Assembly: GCA_035534575.1 (NCBI GenBank) | Contig: DATLRT010000018.1 | Span: 1,316-65,315, forward strand | Direction: 5' to 3' | Length of the DNA: 64,000 nt | DNA from: Candidatus Acidiferrales bacterium | GTDB lineage: Archaea > Micrarchaeota > Micrarchaeia > Micrarchaeales > Micrarchaeaceae | Part shown: positions 18,725 through 27,469 of the stretch, piece by piece | Layout of the letters: the number at the start of each line of letters is the position of its first letter | Numbering within the stretch: position 1 is the first letter of the stretch | Notes under the pieces: model-generated | Told to the model about the DNA's origin: nothing | The model's input: only the letters and a program-made list of their open reading frames with translations | Database searches by the model: none | Position numbers and translations under genes: made by a program

Positions 18725-19372
18725 CTAACCACGCAGCACCTTGCTTATCTGGTAGATCTCGGCTATCTTGTGGTCTATCCACGGCTCGGCGTACCCGCCC
18801 TCGCCTCCGACCAGGACGGTCGTCATGCCCAGCTGCTTCGCTGGCAGGAGGAACTCCTTCTTGTCGTCCACGAACATCGTGGCTTCCGGAGCGTATCCCG
18901 TAAGCTCAATCGCTCGGAGGAAGGCCCTGGCATCGGGCTTCGCGGCGAAGCCCATCTCCTTTGCGCCTATGATCTTGTCGAACTTGTGCTTGACCCCGAG
19001 GGTCATGACGACCTTCGAAGCGTACTCGGAATAGTTGTTCGTGAGTATCGACATCCTTTCGTCAAGCCCGTTCAGGGTGGATCTCAGCCTCGGGTCCTCC
19101 TTCACTCCGTTCCTCAGCAGATCCACGCTCATGCATGTGCCGCGGATGAACTCGTTGTAGAGTATTCCGTACTCACGCTCGAACAGGTATGCCGAATAGT
19201 CGACGCCGTACTTAGCGAACAGCCTATTGCGCAGCGGCATGACCTCATCGGTAGGTATTCCCAGCTTGGCCGATGCGTACACCAGGAACGCGGCTACAAG
19301 GGCCTGGCGAAGCTGGGTGTTGAGCCTGTATAGGGTATCATCGTTGTCGAACAGTATGTTTTTGACGGTCAT
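18725..19372 (-). CDS. HAD-superfamily hydrolase (nucleotidase-like)
   Basis: Motif I ILFDNDDTLY, motif II ILTNN, motif IV MFVDDKKEF. Confidence 0.85.
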   Translation of the reverse strand: MTVKNILFDNDDTLYRLNTQLRQALVAAFLVYASAKLGIPTDEVMPLRNRLFAKYGVDYSAYLFEREYGILYNEFIRGTCMSVDLLRNGVKEDPRLRSTLNGLDERMSILTNNYSEYASKVVMTLGVKHKFDKIIGAKEMGFAAKPDARAFLRAIELTGYAPEATMFVDDKKEFLLPAKQLGMTTVLVGGEGGYAEPWIDHKIAEIYQISKVLRG

Positions 19373-19404
19373 TGGTAATCACCTTCTTGCTTTCTCCAAA
19401 AGGG

Positions 19405-19625
19405 AAAAAATCAAACGCGGGGCAAAAGGCCTGGGTTTCCACCCACACGCCTCATGCAGCTCCCGGATGCGCCTTGGCCGATTGGCCTCAGACGGATCCT
19501 GAGATGTGATACCAATGGCGGCCCGGTGTCGAGCTGGAGCGCATAGCGTTGGCTAGGAAAAGCCTCATTGCCTTCATTTGAGTGCGTGCTCCAGTCATGT
19601 TTCCGACCTATCCATAAGGTAATCA
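19405..19625 (-). ncRNA. candidate structured non-coding RNA (~220 nt), family unknown
   Basis: G+C-rich gap with longest ORF 36 aa. On the minus strand, GGCTTAAATATAT lies upstream and a T6 run (19405-19410) downstream. Hairpins: CTCAG-N7-CTGAG, GGCC-AATC-GGCC, GGGT-GGAA-ACCC, GGCT-N6-AGCC, plus long-range CTGGAGC/GCTCCAG. Confidence 0.35.
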
Positions 19626-19640
19626 GTATAGCGGGTCAGG

Positions 19641-19653
19641 ATATATTTAAGCC
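19641..19653 (-). promoter_or_regulatory. BRE/TATA-like box GGCTTAAATATAT
   Basis: Near-identical to the GCTTAAATATAAGG boxes at 4861 and 37600. Positioned ~20 nt upstream of the structured region. Confidence 0.4.
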
Positions 19654-19682
19654 TTGTGTGCAGTTTTTCCATTGCTGTGCTG

Positions 19683-19743
19683 GGTGACCACATTTTTGCA
19701 TATTTTAATTTAGGTGACTACACATGGCCGATTTGTGGTCACC
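19683..19743. repeat. left ~62-bp repeat flanking the Fic gene (three GGTGACYACA boxes)
   Basis: GGTGACCACA(19683-92), 30-nt offset, GGTGACTACACA(19713-24), 21-nt offset, inverted TGTGGTCACC(19734-43). Ends 1 nt before the Fic stop codon. Confidence 0.85.
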
Positions 19744-19744
19744 T

Positions 19745-20680
19745 TTATTTGAGCAGTTTTTTCAGGCTCCTGTATTCCTTGAGCATCAGCTCTACGGTGG
19801 GCCTTATGTTGCCCAACTGATTGTATGCCCTCAGCGCAGAATAGTACTCGTCCCTGTTCTTGAGCTCTATGTTGAGCGGCGGAAGGCCGTGCCTGAGCAG
19901 TATGTTTATCATCAGCAGACGCCCTACCCTACCGTTGCCATCCTGAAAAGGATGTATGGTCTCGAACTGGTTATGGACAACTGCAGCAAGTACAATCGGG
20001 CTGTACTTGCCTTTGTTTGAGTTGTACCATATTATAAGCGATTTCAGGAGGCCCGTAATTTGGCTTGATGGCGCACCCCTGTGTATTATGTTGCCTTTGG
20101 AGTCTACAACAGCTACTTCAGTCCCGGATGCCCTAAAGCCCCCGGCAAAGGATTTGGAGCGCTTGAATACCATCATATGGAGATCTTTTATGAGGGCTAT
20201 GGTGATGTGCTCTCTAGTGTGCCTTATGTACCTTACCGCCTCTGCGACCCCTATGGTCTCAGATATGTCGTCCTTGGGTCTGTTGGGCCACTTTCCCTCC
20301 GTGAGTATGTCGCTTACCTCGTCCCTCAGCACAGTAGAGCCCTCTATTGCATTGGTGTCATAGGTGAACGTCTCGGTGAACTTGAGCCAGTCCTCATCGC
20401 TGATGTGCGCTATCTTTATCCTGCCCCTGGCTTCCAAAGTCTTTAGCTCCTCCAGTTCGTGCCCTGAGAGCACGGTCTTGTAAGGATCGTTTATCCCTCT
20501 GAGGGCCAGTAGACGGTTGGCCAGCTTCGCCTTTGCACCGTCCAGCTTTTTTGCCAGGTCAATCTTTGATAGGTCGGTGCCTAAGTAAACCCTGAGCTTC
20601 TTTGCCTTGCCGTCCGCTCTATACGAGTGTGCAAAATAGTACTTTCTCTTGCCGTTGCCAACCCGAATCTCCAACGCCAT
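19745..20680 (-). CDS. fic: Fic/DOC family protein (AMPylase-type)
   Basis: Fic motif HPFQDGNGRVGRLL and an N-terminal inhibitory-type motif TNAIEGS ((S/T)xxxE(G/N)); 311 aa. Confidence 0.92.
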   Translation of the reverse strand: MALEIRVGNGKRKYYFAHSYRADGKAKKLRVYLGTDLSKIDLAKKLDGAKAKLANRLLALRGINDPYKTVLSGHELEELKTLEARGRIKIAHISDEDWLKFTETFTYDTNAIEGSTVLRDEVSDILTEGKWPNRPKDDISETIGVAEAVRYIRHTREHITIALIKDLHMMVFKRSKSFAGGFRASGTEVAVVDSKGNIIHRGAPSSQITGLLKSLIIWYNSNKGKYSPIVLAAVVHNQFETIHPFQDGNGRVGRLLMINILLRHGLPPLNIELKNRDEYYSALRAYNQLGNIRPTVELMLKEYRSLKKLLK

Positions 20681-20692
20681 GGATATATATTA

Positions 20693-20754
20693 GGTGACCA
20701 CATATTTATATTTTTCTATTTAGGTGACTACACATTGAACGGTTTGGGGTCACC
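20693..20754. repeat. right ~62-bp repeat flanking the Fic gene; contains the Fic promoter
   Basis: GGTGACCACA(20693-702), GGTGACTACACA(20723-34), TGGGGTCACC(20745-54) with the same spacing as the left copy and ~80% identity by eye. TATAAATA (20703-10, minus) lies between boxes, ~30 nt before ATG 20680. Confidence 0.85.
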
Positions 20755-20769
20755 CAGATATAAGGAGAA

Positions 20770-22107
20770 CTAAAGCGTCCTGAGCGCATCTATCGGTTCC
20801 ATCTTGGATGCCCGCCACGCAGGGTACATTCCGGCTGCAACGCTGACAATCACCGCCACGAGTATGGCGTACACTATTGTAGATACGGGGAATACAGGAT
20901 GGAACGAGATTGAGCTTGATGAGCCGCTTCCTCCGCCAAAGCCACCGCTGTTACTCCCACCGAAGCCTTGATTGCCGCCACCGCCTGAGAATCCTCCGCC
21001 ACCCCTCCCTGAGCCGCCTGTCCCCGATGTAGCAGCTGCTGGAGAGCCGCCGGCTCCAGCGGAGCCTGATCCACCACTTAAAACGGTGGAGAGCCCGTAT
21101 GCGCCACCCGCGCCCACCACTATGCCGACTGCGCCGCCTATGAGCCCTATGATGAGCGCCTGTATGAGGAATATCATGAGTATGTGCTTGTTCTTGAACC
21201 CTACGGACTTGAGTATGCCGATCTCGTGAGTCCTTTCATATACGGCAATGAGCATTATGTTCATTATCCCTATCGCTGCCACGACAAGAGAGACTCCGGC
21301 GATGACAGCGAACAGAAGCGTTATCGAGCCGAGGATTGAGGATGTGGTCTGTATGAGCTCTGCGGTCGTAGTGACCCTTGCCGAGTTGCCGTATATGTTG
21401 GATATCAGCGCGGCCGTGGAGTTGACGGTGCTCGTGTTCGAAGCGAGTACGAGCATCTCGTTGTATGATGGCCTGTGCATAAGCAGCTCGGCCGCCGTCA
21501 GCGACATCATCACTCCGGTGTCAATCGGTATGATGAAACCTCCGTGCGACTGGAGTATCCCCGCGATTGGGACTCCGACAGTGGTGCCGCCCCTGCCCTC
21601 AAGCTTGAGCGTCGCGGTCTGGCCCACAACTACCGACTGTGCGCCGGACCCTGTCGTAGGGAACGCGACGTCATGACCCACCACAGCTATGGGGGCGATG
21701 GTATCCTGGTACACACTGCCTTGGTATATGCTGACATTTCCGCCGAGAAGCTGCTTGAGCCCCTGGCTTGTTGTGCCGATGATCGTGACGGAGGTGTTCT
21801 GGTTGCCCGCGAGCAGGCTTGCCGATCCGGTGAGCAGCGGCGTCACGCTGGAGACGTTCGGCAGCGAGGAGACCCTGCTTGAGTCCGCTACGGTGAATCC
21901 GACCGCGCCCGATGATGAGACTATTATGGAAGTGGGGCCAAGCGAGTTGAGCGAGCTGCTTATGCTCTGGTTGACACCGGCGGTGACTGAGGTGAGCCCG
22001 ATTATCGCGGCCACGCCTATCATCACCATCACGATTGTGAGCGCGGTCCTGACCTTCTTCTCGCTCAGGTCCCTGAAGCTGAGCCAGAATATGTCTTGGA
22101 TCTCCAT
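20770..22107 (-). CDS. MacB/FtsX-type ABC transporter permease with Gly-rich loop insertion
   Basis: N-terminal TM, large extracytoplasmic domain and a C-terminal FtsX domain (ERTHEIGILKSVGF). A ~56-aa G/S-rich insert occupies aa 344-399. Confidence 0.85.
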   Translation of the reverse strand: MEIQDIFWLSFRDLSEKKVRTALTIVMVMIGVAAIIGLTSVTAGVNQSISSSLNSLGPTSIIVSSSGAVGFTVADSSRVSSLPNVSSVTPLLTGSASLLAGNQNTSVTIIGTTSQGLKQLLGGNVSIYQGSVYQDTIAPIAVVGHDVAFPTTGSGAQSVVVGQTATLKLEGRGGTTVGVPIAGILQSHGGFIIPIDTGVMMSLTAAELLMHRPSYNEMLVLASNTSTVNSTAALISNIYGNSARVTTTAELIQTTSSILGSITLLFAVIAGVSLVVAAIGIMNIMLIAVYERTHEIGILKSVGFKNKHILMIFLIQALIIGLIGGAVGIVVGAGGAYGLSTVLSGGSGSAGAGGSPAAATSGTGGSGRGGGGFSGGGGNQGFGGSNSGGFGGGSGSSSSISFHPVFPVSTIVYAILVAVIVSVAAGMYPAWRASKMEPIDALRTL

Positions 22108-22119
22108 CCGCCGCTTACC

Positions 22120-23376
22120 TCACTTCGCGTGCGGGCGCGGGTGCGCCTTCCTCTTCTCCTTGTAGAGCAGGTATCCGAGCACTATGATTATGATTACCAG
22201 GATTGCGGGTAGCAGCCCTCCGGATCCGCCGGTTGTGCGCTTCGGATAGGTGCCTATCGAGTTCGCAGTGCCGAAGCCGGAGCCCAGAGTGACAGGCACG
22301 TTCACCACTGTGCTTAGGTTCTGCCTCAGGCTGTTGAGATAGTTTATCCTCACCGGCACCACGTATGAGCCCGCCTCTGTAGCGCTCGCCGTTGTGAGCG
22401 TCAGCGTTACCGGCGTCTGGCTGTCGGTGGCCATGTCCCCGACGAACACCGTGTTTGAGCCGTATGTGGAGAAGCCTGCTGGAGGCATCGGCGTAGCCGT
22501 GACCGCTGTCGCCCCTGCGGTTCCCACGTCAGTAAGTATGAACGATATGGAGAATATGCTTCCAGGGGCGGGGACGGTGGGCGAGAGGGTTGTGCTGGAG
22601 GGTGTGATGTTTATTATCCCTGCCGACAGCACAATGGGAGTATATGATATCTGCTCCGGGCTCGTGCCTTTGAACAGGTTTATCGTCATGTTGACCGGGA
22701 AGGACTGCGTGGCGTTCTTGAACACGAAGACTCTCTGGGTGAGGTTAACTGATGTCATCGGCCCTATTACGCCGACGCCCACCGGTTGTATCCCGAGGAA
22801 GGTGCCGTCCTGGCTCGGCAGCGTCGACCTGATGGACACGTAGTTGAGCGTGTTGTTCCCCTTGTTGGAGAGAACGAGGGTCACGTTATCTATCCTTCCA
22901 GACGTGAGCGTGCTTGGGATTATGCTCACCTGGAGCGCGCTCGGGCACGATTGCGTGCCGAAGCTTATGTTCCTTGTCTCGCTGTCGGAGTATAGCGAGT
23001 CATACTCGTAGTTTATCCCGACTCCCGCGGATATGAGGGAAGATGCGTTGAGGCTGACGAATATGGGCAGCTGCACCATGCTTGAGCTATTGGCGCTGAC
23101 GTTGGTTATCCCGCTGACGGTGCCGTTGCCGAAGGCGTAGACGTACTTGGAGATTATCGCCAGCTGGACGCCGTCCATCCGCACTGAGCCCGGCGGCGAT
23201 GTTACGGTTATCGGCAGCTGGTTGACCATACCCTTGCACAGAGTGAGCACGTTGGTGCTGAGCTGAAAGTTGGGCGGGTTCGGAATCGGAGTGGGTCCGC
23301 TCGTTGCCGCAAATGTGAGCAGTGGTGCCATTACGGCGGTCAGCAGCACAAATCCAACAAAGATCTTCGCGTTCAT
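22120..23376 (-). CDS. secreted beta-rich surface protein with C-terminal membrane anchor
   Basis: Signal peptide MNAKIFVGFVLLTAVMAPLLTFAAT, many sequons, C-terminal TM LLPAILVIIIIVLGYLLY plus basic tail. Same architecture as 5828-7060. ATGA overlap with the ATPase gene. Confidence 0.7.
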   Translation of the reverse strand: MNAKIFVGFVLLTAVMAPLLTFAATSGPTPIPNPPNFQLSTNVLTLCKGMVNQLPITVTSPPGSVRMDGVQLAIISKYVYAFGNGTVSGITNVSANSSSMVQLPIFVSLNASSLISAGVGINYEYDSLYSDSETRNISFGTQSCPSALQVSIIPSTLTSGRIDNVTLVLSNKGNNTLNYVSIRSTLPSQDGTFLGIQPVGVGVIGPMTSVNLTQRVFVFKNATQSFPVNMTINLFKGTSPEQISYTPIVLSAGIINITPSSTTLSPTVPAPGSIFSISFILTDVGTAGATAVTATPMPPAGFSTYGSNTVFVGDMATDSQTPVTLTLTTASATEAGSYVVPVRINYLNSLRQNLSTVVNVPVTLGSGFGTANSIGTYPKRTTGGSGGLLPAILVIIIIVLGYLLYKEKRKAHPRPHAK

Positions 23377-24065
23377 CTTATTACCTCGTTCTTGTTCACC
23401 CTTCCGTCCTTTATGTGTATCACGCGGTCGCAGAACCTCGTGATGTCCGGGTTGTGGGTTACCATTATTATCGTGACCTTCCTCTCCCTGCTTATCTTCT
23501 TGAACAGCCTCACTACCTCCTCGCCGGATTTGGTGTCAAGGTTTCCGGTGGGCTCGTCAGCGAGCACCAGCGCGGGGTTGTTCACAAGCGCGCGGGCTAT
23601 CGCGACCCTCTGCTGCTGCCCTCCGCTCAGCTGGTTAGGCTTCTGCCTCATCCTCTCGCCCAGGCCGAGCTGGATGAGTAGGCTATCCGACCTCTCCTTG
23701 CGCTCCGATGATGGCATCTTGCTAACCATGAGCGGCAGCTGCACGTTCATCTCAGCGGTAAGGCCGTTGACAAGGTTGTAAGCCTGGAATATGAAGCCGA
23801 GCTTCTTGTTCCTGAACTCTGCTAGTTTGTCGCCGTCCATCTTCGATGTGGCTACGCCGTCTATGTATATCTCGCCATGGGTGGGCTTGTCTATCGTACC
23901 AAGGACGTTCATTAGGGTGGACTTGCCGCTTCCGGATGGGCCGACTATCGCAACAAACTCGCCGCTCTTCAGTGTAAAGGAGACATCGATGAGCGCATCG
24001 ACCTCCACGGACTCAGATTTGTAAATCTTGGACACGTTGGTAAGTCTCACCGAATAATTAGGCAT
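23373..24065 (-). CDS. ABC transporter ATP-binding protein (MacB/LolD type)
   Basis: Walker A GPSGSGKST, signature LSGGQQQRVAIARAL, Walker B LVLADEPTGNLD. Confidence 0.93.
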   Translation of the reverse strand: MPNYSVRLTNVSKIYKSESVEVDALIDVSFTLKSGEFVAIVGPSGSGKSTLMNVLGTIDKPTHGEIYIDGVATSKMDGDKLAEFRNKKLGFIFQAYNLVNGLTAEMNVQLPLMVSKMPSSERKERSDSLLIQLGLGERMRQKPNQLSGGQQQRVAIARALVNNPALVLADEPTGNLDTKSGEEVVRLFKKISRERKVTIIMVTHNPDITRFCDRVIHIKDGRVNKNEVIR

Positions 24066-24183
24066 GAACTTAATTACAAACTTGACTTTAAATACATTGC
24101 GATGGCGTTTCCGCAGTGGGATGGAGAAAGGGCAATCAGGTTTATAATCTCTGCAGTCAGTATATTATCGCAAGGGTTTTCTG

Positions 24184-25893
24184 ATGGATGCGGGATTGGA
24201 GTCAGCGATAAGGAAGTATGCGATAAAGAACGCCATAGACTACGGCAAGGCGGGCGAGAAGCAGGTGCTGGGCAGGGTCCTCTCAAGCAACCCCTCAGCG
24301 AAGTCCGACATGCAGGCGCTCAACGAAAGCATAGCCGCGATAGTCGCCCAGGTAAACAAGATGGGCAAGGCGGATCTGGAAAAGGAGTTCGCGCAGTATC
24401 AGGGCGAGTTTGACACCATTGAAAAGAAGAAGGCAGAGGAATCTGTGCCCAAGTTCGTGCTAGACGGCGCGGTGAAGGGCAACTTCGCTACAAGATACGC
24501 ACCGGCACCCAATGGGTACATGCACGTAGGCCACGTGAAGGCGGCGCTGATGGCTGCCGAGTTCGCAAAGATTTATGATGGGAAGATATTCCTCTACTTC
24601 GACGACACTAATCCAGAGAAGGACAGGCAAGAGTACGTTGACCAGATGAAGAGGGATATGGAGTGGCTCGGGATTAGGTTCGACCACGAGTACTATGCGA
24701 GCGACAACATAGTGAAGGTCTACGATGCCACCAAGCTGCTGATACAGAAAGGCATGGCCTATGTCTGTGAGTGCGACTCCGAGAAGATGAGCAAGGGAAG
24801 GTACGACAGCATAGAGTGCGAGCACAGGCAGAGGAGCGTGAAGGAGAACGAGGAGCTGTTTGTAGCTATGCTGAACCACAAGACGGAGGAGGGAAAGGCG
24901 ATAGTAAGGTTCAAGGGTGACATGAAGTCGGACAACACAGCGCTGAGGGATCCCACGATAATCAGGATAAAGAACGACGCGCATTACAGGCAGGGGACCC
25001 AATATAGCGTATGGCCGACCTACGATGTAAACACGCCCATAATGGATTCCATCCATGGAGTTACCGATGTGATAAGGAGCAAGGAGTTCGAGCTGAGGGA
25101 CGAGCTTGCCGCCATGATACTTGATGCATTGGGAATGAGGAAGCCCAGAATACACTCGGAGTCAAGGTTGGTCATAAAGAACAACGTGACTCACAAGAGG
25201 GAGCTCAACAAGCTCATAACTGAGAGCATACTGAGCGGCTGGGATGACCCTAGGCTGGTGACCATCACCGCACTTAAGAGACGCGGCATTCTTCCAGACG
25301 CGATACGCGAGTTTGTGCTCAGGTTCGGTATGAGCAAGACGGACGGCAAGGTGGGCATAGAGATGTTGCTTGCGGAGAACAGGAAGATAATAGACCCTAC
25401 ATCCAGAAGGCTCTACTACGTGGAGAATCCGGTCGCACTCCGGATAGATGGATTCGCCGCGAAGGAAGTGGAGCTCAAGCTTCACCCCACTGGCGACTTG
25501 GGCAGCAGGGAATACAGGGTAAATGGGAATGTCTACATAAACAAGAAGGACGCTGATGGGGCAGCAACGGGAGGGGTAATCAGACTAAAGAACCTTGCGG
25601 ATGTGGAGGTTACGGCAAAGGGCGACAGCATTTCTGCAAAGGAGACGAAAAAGGCTGGCAGCGCGATTCAGTGGGTGCCTGCTGAGGACTACGTGGAGTG
25701 CAGCATAATGATTCCGGGGAATCCGGTCGACGATGAGGGAAAGCTCATGGCTGACAGCATGAAGTGGAGCAAGGGCTACGTGGAGAGCTACGCCAAGACG
25801 CTGAAGGAGGGAGATATAGTTCAGTTAGAGCGGTTCGGTTTTTGCATACTTGACAGCCTCAAGCCGCTGCAGTTCATATTCATATCGAATTAG
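24184..25893 (+). CDS. gltX: glutamyl-tRNA synthetase (archaeal/eukaryotic Glx type)
   Basis: Class I HIGH-type motif PNGYMHVGHVKAAL, FDDTNPEKD block and a C-terminal anticodon-binding beta-barrel region; 569 aa. Confidence 0.9.
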   Translation: MDAGLESAIRKYAIKNAIDYGKAGEKQVLGRVLSSNPSAKSDMQALNESIAAIVAQVNKMGKADLEKEFAQYQGEFDTIEKKKAEESVPKFVLDGAVKGNFATRYAPAPNGYMHVGHVKAALMAAEFAKIYDGKIFLYFDDTNPEKDRQEYVDQMKRDMEWLGIRFDHEYYASDNIVKVYDATKLLIQKGMAYVCECDSEKMSKGRYDSIECEHRQRSVKENEELFVAMLNHKTEEGKAIVRFKGDMKSDNTALRDPTIIRIKNDAHYRQGTQYSVWPTYDVNTPIMDSIHGVTDVIRSKEFELRDELAAMILDALGMRKPRIHSESRLVIKNNVTHKRELNKLITESILSGWDDPRLVTITALKRRGILPDAIREFVLRFGMSKTDGKVGIEMLLAENRKIIDPTSRRLYYVENPVALRIDGFAAKEVELKLHPTGDLGSREYRVNGNVYINKKDADGAATGGVIRLKNLADVEVTAKGDSISAKETKKAGSAIQWVPAEDYVECSIMIPGNPVDDEGKLMADSMKWSKGYVESYAKTLKEGDIVQLERFGFCILDSLKPLQFIFISN

Positions 25894-25901
25894 GTGGGGG
25901 G

Positions 25902-26735
25902 ATGAGAGCTCTAGTGGGGATGGCAGTGTCGGCATCGGGCGGCATAGACATGTCGATTGACAGGGCCGAGCAGTACGGATGCACGACCATGCAGACTTTT
26001 GTCAGCAGCCCGATGATATGGAAGGTCAAGGGCCTTGGCAAGGAGGAAGCGGCGGCGTTCAAGGAGAAAGCCAACGAGAAGGGAATAAGCCCAACGGTCA
26101 TTCACATGCCTTACCTGCCGAACTTCGCGTCGCCCGACAAGACGATATACGAGAAGTCGAAGGAGGCGCTGAGGCTCAACATAGAGAGATGCAATGAGAT
26201 AGGGATTGACTACCTTGTGCTGCATCTGGGCAGCGACATGGGGAAGGGCAAGGAGTACGGGATAAGCAGGGTCATAGATGCAGTATCTGAATACGTGGAT
26301 GGGATGGAGGGAAAGCTTCTGCTAGAGAATCAGTCGGGAAGCGCGAACAGCGTGGGCTCGGACCTGAACGACCTGAGAAGCATATATGAGGGAATAGGAA
26401 GCAAGAAGGCAGGCTACTGCATAGACACATGCCACGCATTCGCGGCGGGATACGACATCAGGAAGAAGGAAGTAGTGCAGGATATGATGAAGGCAATTGA
26501 TTTCGATCAGGTTCACGTTATACACGTCAACGACTCCAAGTTCGACCTGGGAATGAAGAGGGACAGGCACGAGAAACTTGGCGTTGGATATATAGGGATT
26601 GTGGGGTTCAAGACTTTCTTGGGCTTCAGGGAGATCAAGAGCAAGGCTTTGATACTAGAGACACCTACGGATAGGGCGGGAGATGAATCGGTGGAGGAAG
26701 TGAGCAAGCTTAGGGGGCTGGTTACGGAGAGGTAA
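25902..26735 (+). CDS. nfo: endonuclease IV (AP endonuclease family 2)
   Basis: HMPYLPNFASPD, LVLHLGS, LLLENQSG, CIDTCHAFAAGYD, HVNDSK: all metal-ligand blocks of Nfo. Confidence 0.9.
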   Translation: MRALVGMAVSASGGIDMSIDRAEQYGCTTMQTFVSSPMIWKVKGLGKEEAAAFKEKANEKGISPTVIHMPYLPNFASPDKTIYEKSKEALRLNIERCNEIGIDYLVLHLGSDMGKGKEYGISRVIDAVSEYVDGMEGKLLLENQSGSANSVGSDLNDLRSIYEGIGSKKAGYCIDTCHAFAAGYDIRKKEVVQDMMKAIDFDQVHVIHVNDSKFDLGMKRDRHEKLGVGYIGIVGFKTFLGFREIKSKALILETPTDRAGDESVEEVSKLRGLVTER

Positions 26736-26739
26736 TCCT

Positions 26740-27399
26740 ATGGATGCCAGGCAAGTAATAGGGCAGATAGTTACGATCTATAATCGGTTTGAGATACCGC
26801 CGAACCTTAGGATGCATATGTTTAGGGTTGCCGCTGTAGGCGACATGATATGCACCAATTGGAGGAACACGGCGAATGTGGTAAAAAGGGACGAAGTGGT
26901 AGCTGCCTGCTTGATTCATGATCTGGGAAACATAACAAAGATGGGAATGGAGAACGATGAGTCCATCGGCATGCTGGGCGATGAGGCGCCCAATGTAAAC
27001 CACTGGAAGGATGTTAGGCAGGGAGTTATCAACAAATACGGAGCCGCTCCCGACGCGGCTACTTCAAAGATGGCAAAAGAAGTGGGGATAGACCAGAGAC
27101 TGATATCCCTAATAGAAAATGGTGGTGGAGGACCTCTCCTGCTCACTGATAGCATCATGAGAACACCGGATTGGTCGTTGAAGATACTTTCATACGCGGA
27201 CTGTAGGGTTACCCCATACGGAATAACAAGCGCAAGAGAGAGGGTGAATGACCTCTCAAGAAGATACGGCAAGGGGCATCAGGATTACTTCGGCAACGTA
27301 GCTGAAGTTGAGAGGCAGATATTCGCCAACACCAGCATTGGCCCAGAGACGATAAACGACAACTCATCTATTCCTTACATAAGGAGTTACCAGTCTTAG
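26740..27399 (+). CDS. HD-domain phosphohydrolase-like protein
   Basis: H...HD signature (MHMFRVA...ACLIHDLGN). Confidence 0.7.
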   Translation: MDARQVIGQIVTIYNRFEIPPNLRMHMFRVAAVGDMICTNWRNTANVVKRDEVVAACLIHDLGNITKMGMENDESIGMLGDEAPNVNHWKDVRQGVINKYGAAPDAATSKMAKEVGIDQRLISLIENGGGGPLLLTDSIMRTPDWSLKILSYADCRVTPYGITSARERVNDLSRRYGKGHQDYFGNVAEVERQIFANTSIGPETINDNSSIPYIRSYQS

Positions 27400-27469
27400 C
27401 GGCCATTGCAGGACATCGTATGCCTTAAATACCTTGGCTGTTAATATAGGTTATCCGATAGATGATTTA

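Noticed and set aside
19405-19625. Attempted assignment of the structured region to SRP RNA, 5S rRNA or RNase P RNA
   Set aside because: A GGAA tetraloop hairpin is present, but the helix-8 signature (AGG...GNAR...AGCA) is absent. So are the 5S CCGAAC/GUAC blocks and the RNase P GGAAAGUCC. It is kept only as an unclassified ncRNA candidate.
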